NCBI GenBank assembly: GCA_040954595.2
Contig: CM082581.2
Coordinates: 11,902,286 to 11,966,285, forward strand
DNA from: Balanoglossus misakiensis
Taxonomy: Eukaryota; Animalia; Hemichordata
Direction of reading: 5' to 3'
DNA: 64,000 bases
Shown piece after piece: positions 13,001 through 26,200 of this stretch. The notes below the pieces were generated by a model. The model had not been told where the DNA came from, ran no database searches, and worked only from the letters and a program-made list of their open reading frames with translations. Numbering within the stretch: the first letter of the stretch is position 1; each line of letters opens with the position of its first letter. The position numbers were made by a program, and so were the translations under genes.

Positions 13001-13860
13001 GTCGTGAGGCGTGGACGACAACCAGATTAGCCTCACGTCAAGTAGCACGTGTGGTCGTATTTGCACAACTTCAAATTATACCATTTCATTCAACATGCAC
13101 CGTGGTTGTTTTATGATAATCTTGACCTTTGACCGCCGAATTACGCATTACTTTAAACTGACATATGCAGATTGGATTGCGAAATACGCAGAATGACGGG
13201 TGCAGCTTGTACGTGTATGACCTGGAATACTTCAGTTACACATGCTCCTATGCAGACAATCGGTCCATGTATGCACAATATAGCGCCAAGGTGAACAGGT
13301 GAGTTGGTATGGCTTCTTTGACGTAGAATATATGTTAAAGAAATATTTTACAGTCGCATTACTTTTTTGTTTTCATGAATTAAGCATGAAAATCATACCC
13401 GAATTGTTGGTCATTCATCTGAAACCCCACACGAAACGAACCCGGGTTATTTTAACAAATTTTATCGTATGGGCATTTTCTAAATTCCAAAGCTTTTCGT
13501 CCTGAAAAAATAAACACGTGACCTCTGTTTTTTATTGATACAGTTTATAAGCTTATATATTTTTCTTGTCTGTATTATATTTTCAATAAGTATCGTAAAA
13601 CTATCACAACGGTTATTTTTAAGGTAATTGATTCTAGATTAATGTCATGCTATGTTGAATATGGGGTCATTGAGATAACGCCCTTCAGATTAATTTGTTA
13701 AATTCGAAACATTTGTGGATTTTTCATAGTCTGGCGTCAAATTCGATTAAAACAGTTGTGATCTATGAAATTGTGAACTTGACATGACTACGGGTTTCCT
13801 TGGTTATCGATGAGCCGATTTGTTTTTGTTTTTTCAGGAATCCCAATTTGAGAATGAAAC

Positions 13861-16800
13861 ATGGTGAAAAATGTGAAAGTAACGGAGACGTCATCCACTG
13901 CCAAAACTGTCGTCTATGTGGACGATCCACCGGATGGGGGGTGGGGCTGGGTAGTCGTCGTAGCGGCCCACTTTGCTTTGCTGTTTTCTCAAGGCAGCCT
14001 GACCGGCTTCGGCCCATTCGCCATTCGACTACGGGAGTATTTCAAGACCGGGGCAGGTGAAATTGCAGGCGTCAGCGGTACTGCTTTATTCGTCACATTG
14101 GCAACAGGTATGTAAGTACAAACGGGTTAGCTACTGAGCATTGGTGGTATTTTATGAATCAGTGACGCAACCTCCCACGACCTACATTGCAGCAGACAGT
14201 ACGGTGAGCCTGTCACGCACACATTTGTGCGGAGGGACCGCTGTCTATGGTAAGAACGAAGAGGAAACAACCTTGACGCATGCACAGAGACCAGCCAGAT
14301 TATGGTGACTTCAACACGTACTAAATGTGTGGCAAATCCTCGTTGAACGATTTCACCCGTACTATAGACCGATTCACGGAAGCAGTCAGTAAATCAGAAT
14401 GTTTGTAAATCTTTAAGTAAAGAATAATAGAATCAATCAATCAATCAACGACAAGTCATTCAAGGATTATTAAAACACACAACAACATTCCCATTATCCC
14501 AACCAACCAACCAACCAACCAACCAACCTACCTACAAATTCATCCCCCGTGACCTTGTGGAGAATCCCTAAACAAACTTGAAAAGTCCAAGAATGAATCA
14601 ACATAAATCCTTTGAAGATATGAATCTGATGGATTACGTCTGATTAATTTGCTTGTTGTCTATAACTCCAACCCCAGGTCCAATTTCCAGTGCACTGAAT
14701 TCTTGCTGTGGTTGCCGTATCGTTGTGGTTATCGGAGGGATCATCGCAACCCTTGGTACGATTACCAGTTCATTCGCTACTCGAGTGTCTCATTTATACA
14801 TAGCTTATGGTGTCGTTACAGGTACGTATAAACAAGGGTCTATCGACTGCTTGCTTAAACACTGTTTGTTGATGATGTTACAATACGTGATAACATTTAC
14901 ATCAACACCCGTTACACCTATGGCGGTAATGCACGTAACTATACGTTGTACCATAGATACTTTTTTTTCTATTTTCCAGGTTTTGGCTATGGCTTGGTGG
15001 CCACTCCGAGCATCGCCTTCATCGCCAGGTATTTCAACAAGCGGTATGCGTTGGCAAATGGAATGGTCTTCTCAGCCTTCGCCATCGGTTGGATCGCTCT
15101 CCCTCAGCTCTATCAAATATTCCTAGATAATTACGGCTGGAGAAACGCCATGTTGTTTCTGGCGGCTTTGAACTTTCTCATTTGTCTGTGCGGCACTTGT
15201 TTTCGACCGCCTCCGCAGAAAAGCGTGTGCGCACCAAGACCGGCTCCTGTGGATATTTCTCAGCTGCTCGAACAACTGTTCAACAGAAACCCGTACACGC
15301 CAGCAGTGGGATTCGAGACGAACAAAACAAAGACAAACAAGCGACGAAGGACATTCTCAGAGATTCTCCTAACTTTTAAGAACAACAGGTGTTTAAAACT
15401 CATGTCCAAGATAATCGACGTCACCTTATTTTGTGATCCCAACTTTGTGCTAATGGCGACTGTGTACTTCATAATTGCTATTGGGTTCTACCCGACCATC
15501 CTCTTCTTGGTAGCCAGAGCTGAATCATTCGGGATACCATATCCACTACCCACCACCTTGATGACAATCACCGGGTCTGTGAGTTTGCTGGGCCGCACGG
15601 GGCATGGCTTCGTAATCGACGTTGGGGCGATGACTCCAGTTCGGGCAACTGCGTCAAGTTTACTTGTATGTGGCTTGGTGAACGTTTTCAGTGTTTTTGT
15701 CAAACAGTACATTGGACTGGCCTGTCTCTACGGGGTTTTTGGACTGGCCAACGGCATTTATCACCCGTTACTAGCTGTAACACTGAAGCATTTCGTTGGA
15801 GTTGAGAAGTTTCCCGTGGCCCTCGGGATTTGCAACCTCTGCCATGGACTTGGGGCTTTAATTGGGCCGCCTATAGCAGGTAAGGAGTCAATTTCGATTC
15901 ATATGAAACGGACAAGAAAGGGTCAACAATTTCAACTGCTTTAAATAGACGTCAGCTCTCCACTTTTAGTTTCTGCTTTACCATTCGTGCTCGTTTGTAA
16001 AATAGTTCTGAGCTCTTGGGTGCATTTAGGTACGTGTATCCTTAACAAGTGCAGCTGGGTGTGAGTTTGGCATTGATCACCTGGTTACTTACCTCAATGA
16101 CGTCATGCTCCAGTCGCTAAAATCTCATTACAACAAATTACAGGCAAAACCCCGTGGGAATGACAGATCACTGTTTGAGCTAACCTAGGTAATTATCATT
16201 GTCAACTAGCCAATTACCGGAGGTCCACCCAACCGAGGGATTAACCGATATTAGTTAACGGTCTCCCAGCAACGCGTATAGAGTGACACCCCCCGCTCAA
16301 GTGATTTCTGGGATTTTGTAACTGTACGACAATCAAATGATAGCTAAGATGTCACCGCCTGGTGAATAGATGAACCAACGCAGCTATCATGATCTAGATA
16401 TAATGTACAAGACTGTACACAAAGTTCGTGCGTGATAAGTGTCGATCAAAGAATGTGCCAATGCTTTCCAATGCACGTTTCTGCAATGCCACCCACCATA
16501 CACGTGGCGGTCACGCCGCGCCTTTCTATTTATAAAATATGTATACTCGCACCATCGCATCGCTCCACGCCCGTTTTATTTATATAATTTCTTAAATCGT
16601 ATCATCTTGATGTCTAAGCCGCCGCTCCCCCGCCCTATTTACGCACAGTGGCTCTCAAGTTTCCATCAGAGCGAAATAGAATAAGACTAGTATCTCGTCA
16701 CGTCCGAATGAAACTGAAAAAACCCGCGTAGGACAATAAAAGTAGAGTCACCTTGAACCACTAACCAGAGTAGTCCGGAATAACGTACGTGTGCCCGTTT

Positions 16801-17095
16801 GGCATGGTGCAGTGTACCCGTCAAAATTGGCCAACTTCATTTGCACTCGCCAAAATTTATGTAGGCATTTTTCCTTTTAATTTTAGGACGGATTTTAGAC
16901 CAGAGCCAGAATTACAATTTTTGTTATCTCTTCACCGGGATCATACTCTGCTTTTCGGCAACGATATTGTTTGCGTCGCCCTATATTACGGAAAAGTGCG
17001 GTGTTCAGCGGCGTGGACGAGGGAAGCTGCCGAGAAGCAACACTGAAATGCTCGATGAGGTCGAAGTCGTTGTTGAGATTGTTACATCGCTTTGA
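13861..17095 (+). CDS. Monocarboxylate transporter family (SLC16/MCT, MFS), 4 coding exons, ~499 aa
   Basis: Exons 13861-14107, 14678-14821, 14980-15879, 16887-17095 (phase-1 GT-AG introns, 1500 nt in total). SLC16 signature PPDGGWGWVVV, YFNKRYALANG, YGWRNA, GPPIAG; ends ...EIVTSL*. Confidence 0.9.
14499..14533. repeat. (AACC)n microsatellite in SLC16 intron
   Basis: ccaaccaaccaaccaaccaaccaaccaacctacct. Confidence 0.85.
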
Positions 17096-17664
17096 CTTAA
17101 AAAGTTTCCTTCGTGTGCGATTCATTTAGAGTTATATACTTTTTGACTGAAAAAAAATATATTCCGACTTCACGTGTGATAAGGTGAACTTGCTGTTCTC
17201 GTGTATTTCTTTAAATTTCAAAAATGATTTCTTCGGTTTTGTGTTTCTTTTGATGCACTTTAGGATCTTTTCATGTTGTAACATCTCTAACAGTTTGTAT
17301 TTAGTGACTGTGGTTGTACAGTAGACAGTTGTACTAGACAGTAGAACGCGTGCGAGACATTATCGTTGCTACTTCCGAAGAAAATATTCTGAATAAAAAC
17401 CTTAAAATTATAACTGATATCCCTGGCCTTGAATGCTGGCTTTGTCAGTACAGGATCCAAAAATTGAACAGCATGAATCTATTCCCATGTAGGTTAGTTT
17501 TGCCCACCGATTTCCCTTTATCGACAGAATACAGCAATGGAATAATGAGTTCCGAGCATGTAGGCAGTGCATATGAACGACTCTATTTCATCTCCACGCG
17601 ATTAAATATCCTCAGCATATTGCATAATTTATGCAGCAGACATGACGAGGCCGGCGATTTCAAG

Positions 17665-20600
17665 ATGGCGATGTACTGGGTGCTGGAGACATGGCAAGTG
17701 TGGAACCAGAGGCACTCGCTGAGTGCGGCGCTGGGTGGAGTGACAGCCGTCGCCACCATCACGGTCATCATCTACAGAAGACTCCGAGAAAGGTACGTGC
17801 GCGGGGGTGATGCGCTCCAGCCGAAACGGAAGCCAGGTCTCCCGCACTGAGAAGAGGCCGGCCTATGCTGTGCTCTAATTAATTGGAAACGTCATCGGAA
17901 GCTTATACCTGCAGCGCTCGCTACTTGCGTTACCTCGCTGTAACAGAAGCTTAATTCGATTCATGCGTTATGATCCTGGCCTGGGGTGAGAGGGCAAGCT
18001 GACCCCTTTCTTAACAACCGGTTTTCTATTACGAACTCGATGAAAATATCCTTTGGTATAGTATGCATACCTTGTACTGACCCGTCCCTAATGTAATAAA
18101 TCAAAAATTACATTCTGGAACTGAGTGAATAACTCAAATCATCATACCGCACTGGGAATCGGACTAAAATTTATAAAAGTGTTTGCAAAAGATGACACAC
18201 CTTCAGGTTAAGGACGCACTTTATTACCATTCCCGTATTCTATAGTACGCCATGCTATTAACATTAAATAAGAATTGAATGGCATTTCTAGCTTTTTTTG
18301 ATAGTTTAATGGATTAATATGGTGCAGTTTGATGGTATTGCGGATTACGGTGGTCATAAATCACAAACGTATTTCGCTGGTGGTGTCAACTTTACGTGTC
18401 AAATACTACGTAGTCAAAATGATCGCCTTCGTGACGTGCCGCATTACCCATAAACGCCACCCACGGAGGCGATACGTGTAGTTTGGCCCTTTGTTTTTAG
18501 TCTAGCAACATAAAATAACCATGGTGTATTTCTTTGTATTTAGTGACTATGAAAGTGTTATCTTTCGTAAAGTTATTAATATAAGCTACAGCTTGCTCTC
18601 CATCCGAAACAAAACCAACCAACCGACCCACCATCCAACCAACCGACCAAACAACTACATGGTCACCAGATATACAAATACGAGGGAATCCCTCCCATGT
18701 ATGCTTCAAATCCATTATCCATCTCATGTACAGATTCAGAAGTTCGAAGCACCCAACAGACACCGTCGTTTTACATCAGATAGGAAGAGGAAGATTTTTA
18801 CCAAGCATGTCACCATTCCCTATGAAATTAGAAACTTACTTAAGAATGGCAAACATTCCTTACATGGTAAGTTAACAATTCTATATATTTAGGTATGAAA
18901 CTTGTACTTTTGGACGGAGATGAATAACGCCGTGAAAAAAGTCGCGCGGTTAGCCGGGGCACAAACAACATGGCATAACTTTCACAGCATTCCCTGTTTT
19001 GTTTTTCCCGCTGTCAGTCTGTGCACAGTTTAACACTTTCACGCCGCCATCGAACTCCTTGGATCGAATACAATGGCGAAGTTGTGAGCGATTCAACATT
19101 TATTATCGAATTCCTCAACGAAAGACGCAAGCTTAATCTGAATACACACCTGAACCCCACAGAAAAGGCGATCGCTAGAGCCTTTCAAGATATGGTAGAA
19201 GAAAATTTGTGCTGGTGAGTTTTATAGCAAATAGGAGGGTCTGGACTGTTGTTCAACTCGAAATCGATAACTTCGCTCTACGTGGCCAATTTCGTCAAAG
19301 AACTCGCGCGCGGAACGAAATTCTCTCTCTACTTGAAACATGGATTTTCTTTTATCACTGTGGTGGTAGACCTTTATTTTTTACTTATGTTTTGTGATTA
19401 ATATCCTATTGCAAGATGTGCTTGCAATTGGATAATAAAACAGCCCAACCAACATTGATTACTCCTTCGCCCGCCAAGGTCTAGCTCTCCGAAAAATTAG
19501 GAAGATTGTGGTCGAGCCAACGACCTGTGCGAGCGGACGATGCCTTGCAATTATAAAGTTGCTATACATGGATTTATCAAAGCAGAGACCTTGTCAGTCT
19601 AGAATAAACGTCGTATCGAGGCTCTTGCATGCTTGCGCTTTTTTCTGTCATCGAGGACCCCCGATGCGACGTTTTGATTCCAGACTCTAAGAACCTGTCG
19701 CTAAGACATTTATTGGAATGAATAGAAAGTTCACGTATTGGCCAACAGTCTGAACATTCTTCTGAGGATAAAGACGTTTAGACATGTTGATGGCACCTGA
19801 AGCGACGACCTTGTCTGATTACGCATGTCACACAAAGTGCACATCGCAGCATGGTGCAAGTATGTTATTGTGTCTATCTGTCAGTGAAGGAAAACAACTT
19901 TATACATGTAAAGCACATCTACGTTGGTCTGACACAAAACTTATTTGCAAGGAAAACGTGATAAAAGTCCTTGAGATTAATCGATCGACTTGTGGCCAAT
20001 AAAAGATATATATTTTCCCCCGAAAGTTGCAAACTTCTTTCTACTTTTTATGGAGTCATTAACGTTTTCTACCTTCTCTACAAGGACGCTAGCGTATATA
20101 AAATGGTTGGATAAAAGTCACCCTAGTCTTCTGGAAACGATCTATCCCCAAAGCAGACTGGTCATTTGGATAATGAGAAAAGGGATCGAACCAGTCATGA
20201 AGAAAGCGTTGTATTTACAGGGAATCGGCCGAAACACAAGACAGGAAGTCTATAGTCGAGCTGAGAAAGATCTACTCGCTCTGTCAGCATTTTTAGGTAG
20301 GCCATCGAGTCTGGTCCCAGCTCTACTAAATTCTAGTGCGGGCGCTGGTCAATATTCGTCGACCATGGAACCCATGCGGAAACCTTGAACGGTGTTAATA
20401 GCGCCACCATGCGACCACTAGAAAGTCATAAAAATGGTTAATCTTTTGAGAGAATCAACTGAGTGTGTGTGTGTGGGAGGGGGGGGGGTTATCCACATGG
20501 AGAGGGAGAGATTATAAAATAAAATGCAGTACACATGACGTCAGGACTCCTTTTAGGCATGCAATCATGCAAACGTAATATAATTTTAATTTTCAAAACC

Positions 20601-21105
20601 TAGTCATTCATAGCGGTTTTATACAATGAAATTTAAATGACATGTCAATTGTATAAATTTTTAGCTGAAAAGATGTCTGCATGTTTGATGTAACAGGCGA
20701 AAAGGAGTATATGTTTGGAGATGAACCCAGCGAAGAGGACTGTGCCATTTTTGCTGTACTGGTGCAGTTTATCTGGAATTTACCCGGCACTGACATTGAA
20801 GCTTTCATCAAAGGTATACATGACAGGGACAGACTTTTTCTGTCACACTTAATAGTTGCTATAGTACCGTATGTAAAATCTGATATTAAATGGTTGAAGG
20901 TTTTGTTCTTTTAGCACCCTGACATCGCGATAAATAAAATTTTATTTCTATTTCAGGAGACTGCAAAAATTTGGAAGATTACTGCTACAGAATGAAGAGC
21001 AGATTTTGGCCTGATTGGGAGCAGTGCATCATGGGAAATTTGCCATCATCTTGGTTTGGTTTTCTGGTCTTCCCCGACTCTGATCCTACGATACTCAAAG
21101 AATAA
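17665..21105 (+). CDS. FAXC: Failed axon connections homolog (FAX/FAXC; metaxin/GST-fold), 6 exons, ~311 aa
   Basis: Exons 17665-17792, 18734-18866, 19018-19214, 20085-20296, 20697-20813, 20957-21105, in frame. Motifs SPFPMKLETYLRMANIPY, PWIEYNGEVVSDSTFII, QGIGR, YMFGDEPSEEDCAIF, NLEDYCYRMKSRFWPDW. N-terminal hydrophobic anchor followed by RRLRER. Exact orthology is uncertain because the family is expanded in invertebrates. Confidence 0.85.
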
Positions 21106-23258
21106 ACATCAAGTGAATTGTTGTCTCAAAATGAAGAGTTTCTTGGTTCAGAAATGTACATATGAAATTTGTGCTGTTTTGGGGCCTTTCGATGGAGAAT
21201 ATTTTCCTCAATGAAACAGCCACACCACGAAAATTAGTTGTAAATGTACTTGACACTGTTGTGCTGTATGGATTTTGTTGCGTCACTGCAGTCGAAATGT
21301 GTATTGTGGCAAATTATGCAATCCATTTACTTTTATTTATTTACATAAACATTTGTTAATTTTGGAGCACATTTCTGTTAATATTTTGTATATATGGAAC
21401 ACTTCTGGATCTATATACTAATTCAACTGAGTGACTTGATTTCCATGCAATGCAGGTCAGTCGGTCAACGGTGCTATATTTTTTTGTTCCTGTCCAACGT
21501 ACATGTAACCAGTCGTTGTGACTGTGCCACCAGTAATTGTTATGAAGTAAAAACTTAGTTTACAGATGATCGTGGGAATTAAAGACTAACTACATGTATA
21601 ACAGCAGCTGCTTTGGGAGGGGCCGGAGGGGGGGGGGGATAGACGGAACTCTTGGAGTTGCTTCGTCATGATGCAGAACAGAAATGAGTATTTTAAAGAA
21701 ATCCAAGGTGAATTAAAGTATTCTGATTAAATCTCAAATGGTCTCTGTGACTCAATAGATCACAGTCACTCCGCTGTGAAGTGGTACGTGCCTCAATCAG
21801 CATTCATTTTGTAAGATGCATCATGGGATCCAATGAAGACTTCAGCAGCCAGTAATGAGAATGCATGATAAATGTCTACAGTGCGAATACCACACCTCTA
21901 TGGTAGACGTACTGCAGTTGTTTGTGAGGTAGCAAATTGACCTGGCCATAAAATATTGCTGCCAGGGTTAAAATATATGCCATCTTGCTTCCGTGTGGAT
22001 TTGAGCTCTTGAAATACACATTCCATAAATATTATAACTGGCAAGTCATACTCATAAATAAACCAGTCTGTTAAAGTAAACAAACACTTCACATCAAAAG
22101 GGTCAACTCCTGTCATATTGCACACAAGTAGTTATTCTTATCGACTAATTTAGCTTGAAGTTGAAGGGCAGACCCTATTGATCCATGCATAATTCACTGT
22201 GAAGTTCGCTATAGGAGAATCATGAACCATCTCAGTTTCATCATATCGAACTTTAATTTCTAAAGAATGAATAATAATCAACAGATTACTTAACTACTCT
22301 GCAATTAAGAGGCTGTAAAATGAACTGATCAGATTACACAGGACAATACCAGGCAGTCACCATGAGCTGTGACTAAGCACAATAGAATGGCATGAGGTTT
22401 TTATGTTCGTATCAACACTATAGACATTTCATATTCTAATGAGCCAGTCGTTGTCAAAGGTCATCCTGTAACATACATTTATGTTAATCAGTGAGTCTGG
22501 TATGTGCGAGTATATAGGGTTTGAAAGCTGCGGTGACTGTTATTGGTGCACAAAAATAGTCGAAGACTGCCTGGCCTTTCACCGATACATGATATCATAA
22601 AGGATTAAATAACATCTAGGGGTGAGTAAAGCATTATTTCATAATTAAATTGAAAGTCAGTGCTAGATTCAGATATGTAATACTTTAAAGCACCTGGTTA
22701 TGACTATCGGATATATGTGTATGTTTCATCTACTGTGGTTGATATGGTGTACCTTGTTTGGCCCACAACGGGGCATAAATTCTGGGTTTTTAAAAGTCTG
22801 TCTGATGTGGTCATTAATCTCTCAAGGCATGTCATCATATTTGACATATTATAGCCAGCTGTAGCTGCAGACAATCATGTCAGACATGCATGAGTGGATT
22901 AGAGTCACTAAGACACACTGTACCGGGTATATAATGTTGTGTTTTGAGGGGTATGTGGGGTAACACTAAATGACTGTTCTCTGGGATTTTATTTGCTCTC
23001 ATGACTTGGTTTCATAAACAGTGCAGTATATTGTATTCAAGATATCATTGCTCATTAAATATTCCATGGACAGAAACAGCTGGAGTTGACCATTTTCCGT
23101 CCTCACCTCTCACAGGAGAAGGCAGGATAAACAAGCACTTTCACAGTGCACCACTAACACAGTGGTGTCTGACTGCAAGCTGCCAGGGGTCGTTGATCTG
23201 AAACATTCAATATCCAGGCTGTCTGCAGGAGAGGGAATTCTTTTCTAATCCTAACAAG

Positions 23259-26200
23259 ATGTCGGAACCACTGGGAACGCTGACTTTCAAATGGAATCCA
23301 AAGGATTTAGAAATCAGGACATATTCCGTGGAAAAGACGTTAGAACCGTTAGTACAACAGGTATGTATGAGCCAGTATTACTAGACTTACATGTACATCC
23401 CATCATGGCTATACATGTAACATCTATAGTGTACAATTAGTATACCGTTGTCTTCCAAAAATATAATACTGCTAAAATTATTTCAAAAGTGCTGCTTGGT
23501 TTCCCACTGTTTTGTCTACCAAAGAGAATGTTTGTTGTTTTGCTGAGAACGGTTTAAAATGGCAGCACACATTCAATGCATCGGCCATCAATGCCAGCTG
23601 TCAATGCACTCCATTGCAAGGACAAGGGCAATGACACCAGCACAATATATCAATCACAATTAGCACATAATGTCTGACCATGTTTTTATCGATTTCATTG
23701 AAAAAAGAAAAGTCTAGATTTTTTCTGCTTTTTCCACAAGAGACGTAAAGGCCTGTAACCTTCAAGTGAAGAATTCCTTTGGAATTTCTATGCAATTCAG
23801 TAAAAAACACACACACCACGCTTTTATTGTTATGCAAATCAACCTTTTAAAATAGCTGCTGTTTGGGTCCGCCAAGGTATGCAGCCTATTAAGCCAAAAA
23901 AGGGCAAATGAAAGTGTTTGTGTATGAGAGTAGAATATAAGTTTTGATTTCTTGTGTTTTCTCTTTGGTGAAAATGCATGTTTATGATAGTGATTCAGGG
24001 CAGGATATGTGGTTATTATAGATATTCACTACAAAAATATAAAAAAACCCACCAACATTTGATTTTGAAAAACAGTGTTTACACTAACAGCCAAATTACC
24101 ATATTGTCATTGTGTAAGACTCACACTATATTGCGGGTAACAAATATAAAAATTAAGGTTGCCCTTCTGAAAATATGTAGGTATTTAACTTCAGAATCTC
24201 AGATGACATTCAAAACAAGTCAGCGTTTTTGACTCTTGCTCTGTGTGTGCTATGTATTAAATGACAAAACCTGCTGCTTGTTAGACAGTATGTGTTAGCA
24301 ATCTGATATTCTACCAAGGCATGGCGATTTTGTCATTCTCAGCAAAATAATGTCATGTTGACTTTGATATAGACTAGCTCATTTACGCAAACTGTAATTT
24401 AAACCATTTTAATTAACAAACAAATGTTCATTCTTTAATTATCAAACTTAAGACTCAACCTTACATCATTTACACCGGAAAGATTCAATTACTGAAATCA
24501 GCATGAGGCTAATTTTCAAAGGCACTTTTACTAATTGTGTGAATGATAGAGAACATGACCTACCCTTGCCTTGTTGTATATATGGACCCAGGGGGAATTG
24601 ATAGCCCACCAATTACTCAGATGACAAGATCAAAGCCATGAAACTGACATCAAATAAAACAAATGAGCCCAGTCCTCCATTCCATCAATCACATGAAAGT
24701 TTCAGATTTCCACCACATGTGTTTGTTCACGCCATTCAAGGAGAATATTGTAATATAAGAGTTGGTTTCAATTTTCAGTGCTAGGTTTATCCAGATGACC
24801 TTTCACCCCACATCTACAAATTTTAATGACACGTCCAGACTGGTATGTTTGCTTTAAAGGCATTTACTGGTCTCCAACAGCTCCAGGCAAGCCCCAGGAG
24901 GAAAGAATGCATCGTGAAAGTCACACAATTTGAATGTTGCTAGCCATTCTATATTAAGTATGGTGATACTTTAATTTAGCAAAAACCCAATTATGTGATT
25001 ATGCAACATGTGAGTGGGAGGCTTTAATGATGGAATTCTTTATTATGGCAGTTAGTTTTATAGTTATGTCAACGCTATATGATATTTTACCCTAAACATT
25101 TGGATGTTAAATACACAGTCCAATTTGAAGCATACCTATAATAGAACAGCTGCGCTCCTTATCTCTCAGTAAATATCTGTGTGGTATGTTTTACCGGATG
25201 TCATTCATCATGAAAAAAATAGTGTGATATATGGTAACCATACAGTTTTGGTACACAAGACAATTTTGTACAGCCCAGTTATGTACATAGCCACAGATAC
25301 ACAGAGAGAAATGCACAAACATGGTTGCATGTGTACACATTCAGTGAAAGAATCCTGTGGACGTCAACACTTGGCAATTGTCTACATTACTAAAGGTTCA
25401 TTGGCTGTGTGATCATAGTCATTCATAATTTTAAAACAAATATTTATCGCCCTGTTTACAATTTTGTCCATGTATTAACTTTAACTCCAGCTTGTTTTAG
25501 TTCTCATTTTAGTTTGTGGAGACTGAACGCAAACAAGTGGCAGGTCATAAGGTTTACAGACATGCTCTCAGCAGAAGTGGGCATGACCTTTGTCAGAGAC
25601 TGAGGTCGATAAACTGTAATGACTGCCGGATGGAGAAAGTAACCATTCCGTGCTGGAATTTGAAGCACGTCATCTTGAAATATAACTCCCAAAATTTGCA
25701 TATATACACATCTTGCAGTGTGTTTGTGGAAAAGCAGTAAGAGCACACCTTAAGGCTTTGCTATTAGTGTGTTTAATGACATCTTGAACAAAAGGGCGTT
25801 AGAGTTCTCACTAAAGTCATAAAAAGTCTGAAGTAGTTGCATGCCAACACTAAACATAGGTTATCATCCGTTCATTGTCACTGAAAAAAGGGAAAAGAAC
25901 AAGTTTGTAGACTATAGGCAAAATCAAGGATTGAATTTTACCGATAATTAAAATTCCAATTAAAAGTACCAATTAAAAGTGACAAAATCAATGTATATGT
26001 GAGAATATTCAGCATGTGCTCCAGGCCCTTGAAATTCTGCAAATAGTTGGGTTTATAAAAGTCTAATAAAAATTATCCATGGTAAACTTGTTTAGCAGAA
26101 AACTGACCCAACACTGGTGCCTTATGAATAGAGCATTTACGGTACAATGGAGGACAAACCTCTACCTTTCAGTGAAACTTGAATAGGGGAAAGCATGTAA

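Noticed and set aside
17093-17143. Stop-codon readthrough of SLC16 (TGA-C context)
   Set aside because: The context is TGA CTT rather than the strong TGA CTA motif, and the extension would be short and unremarkable.
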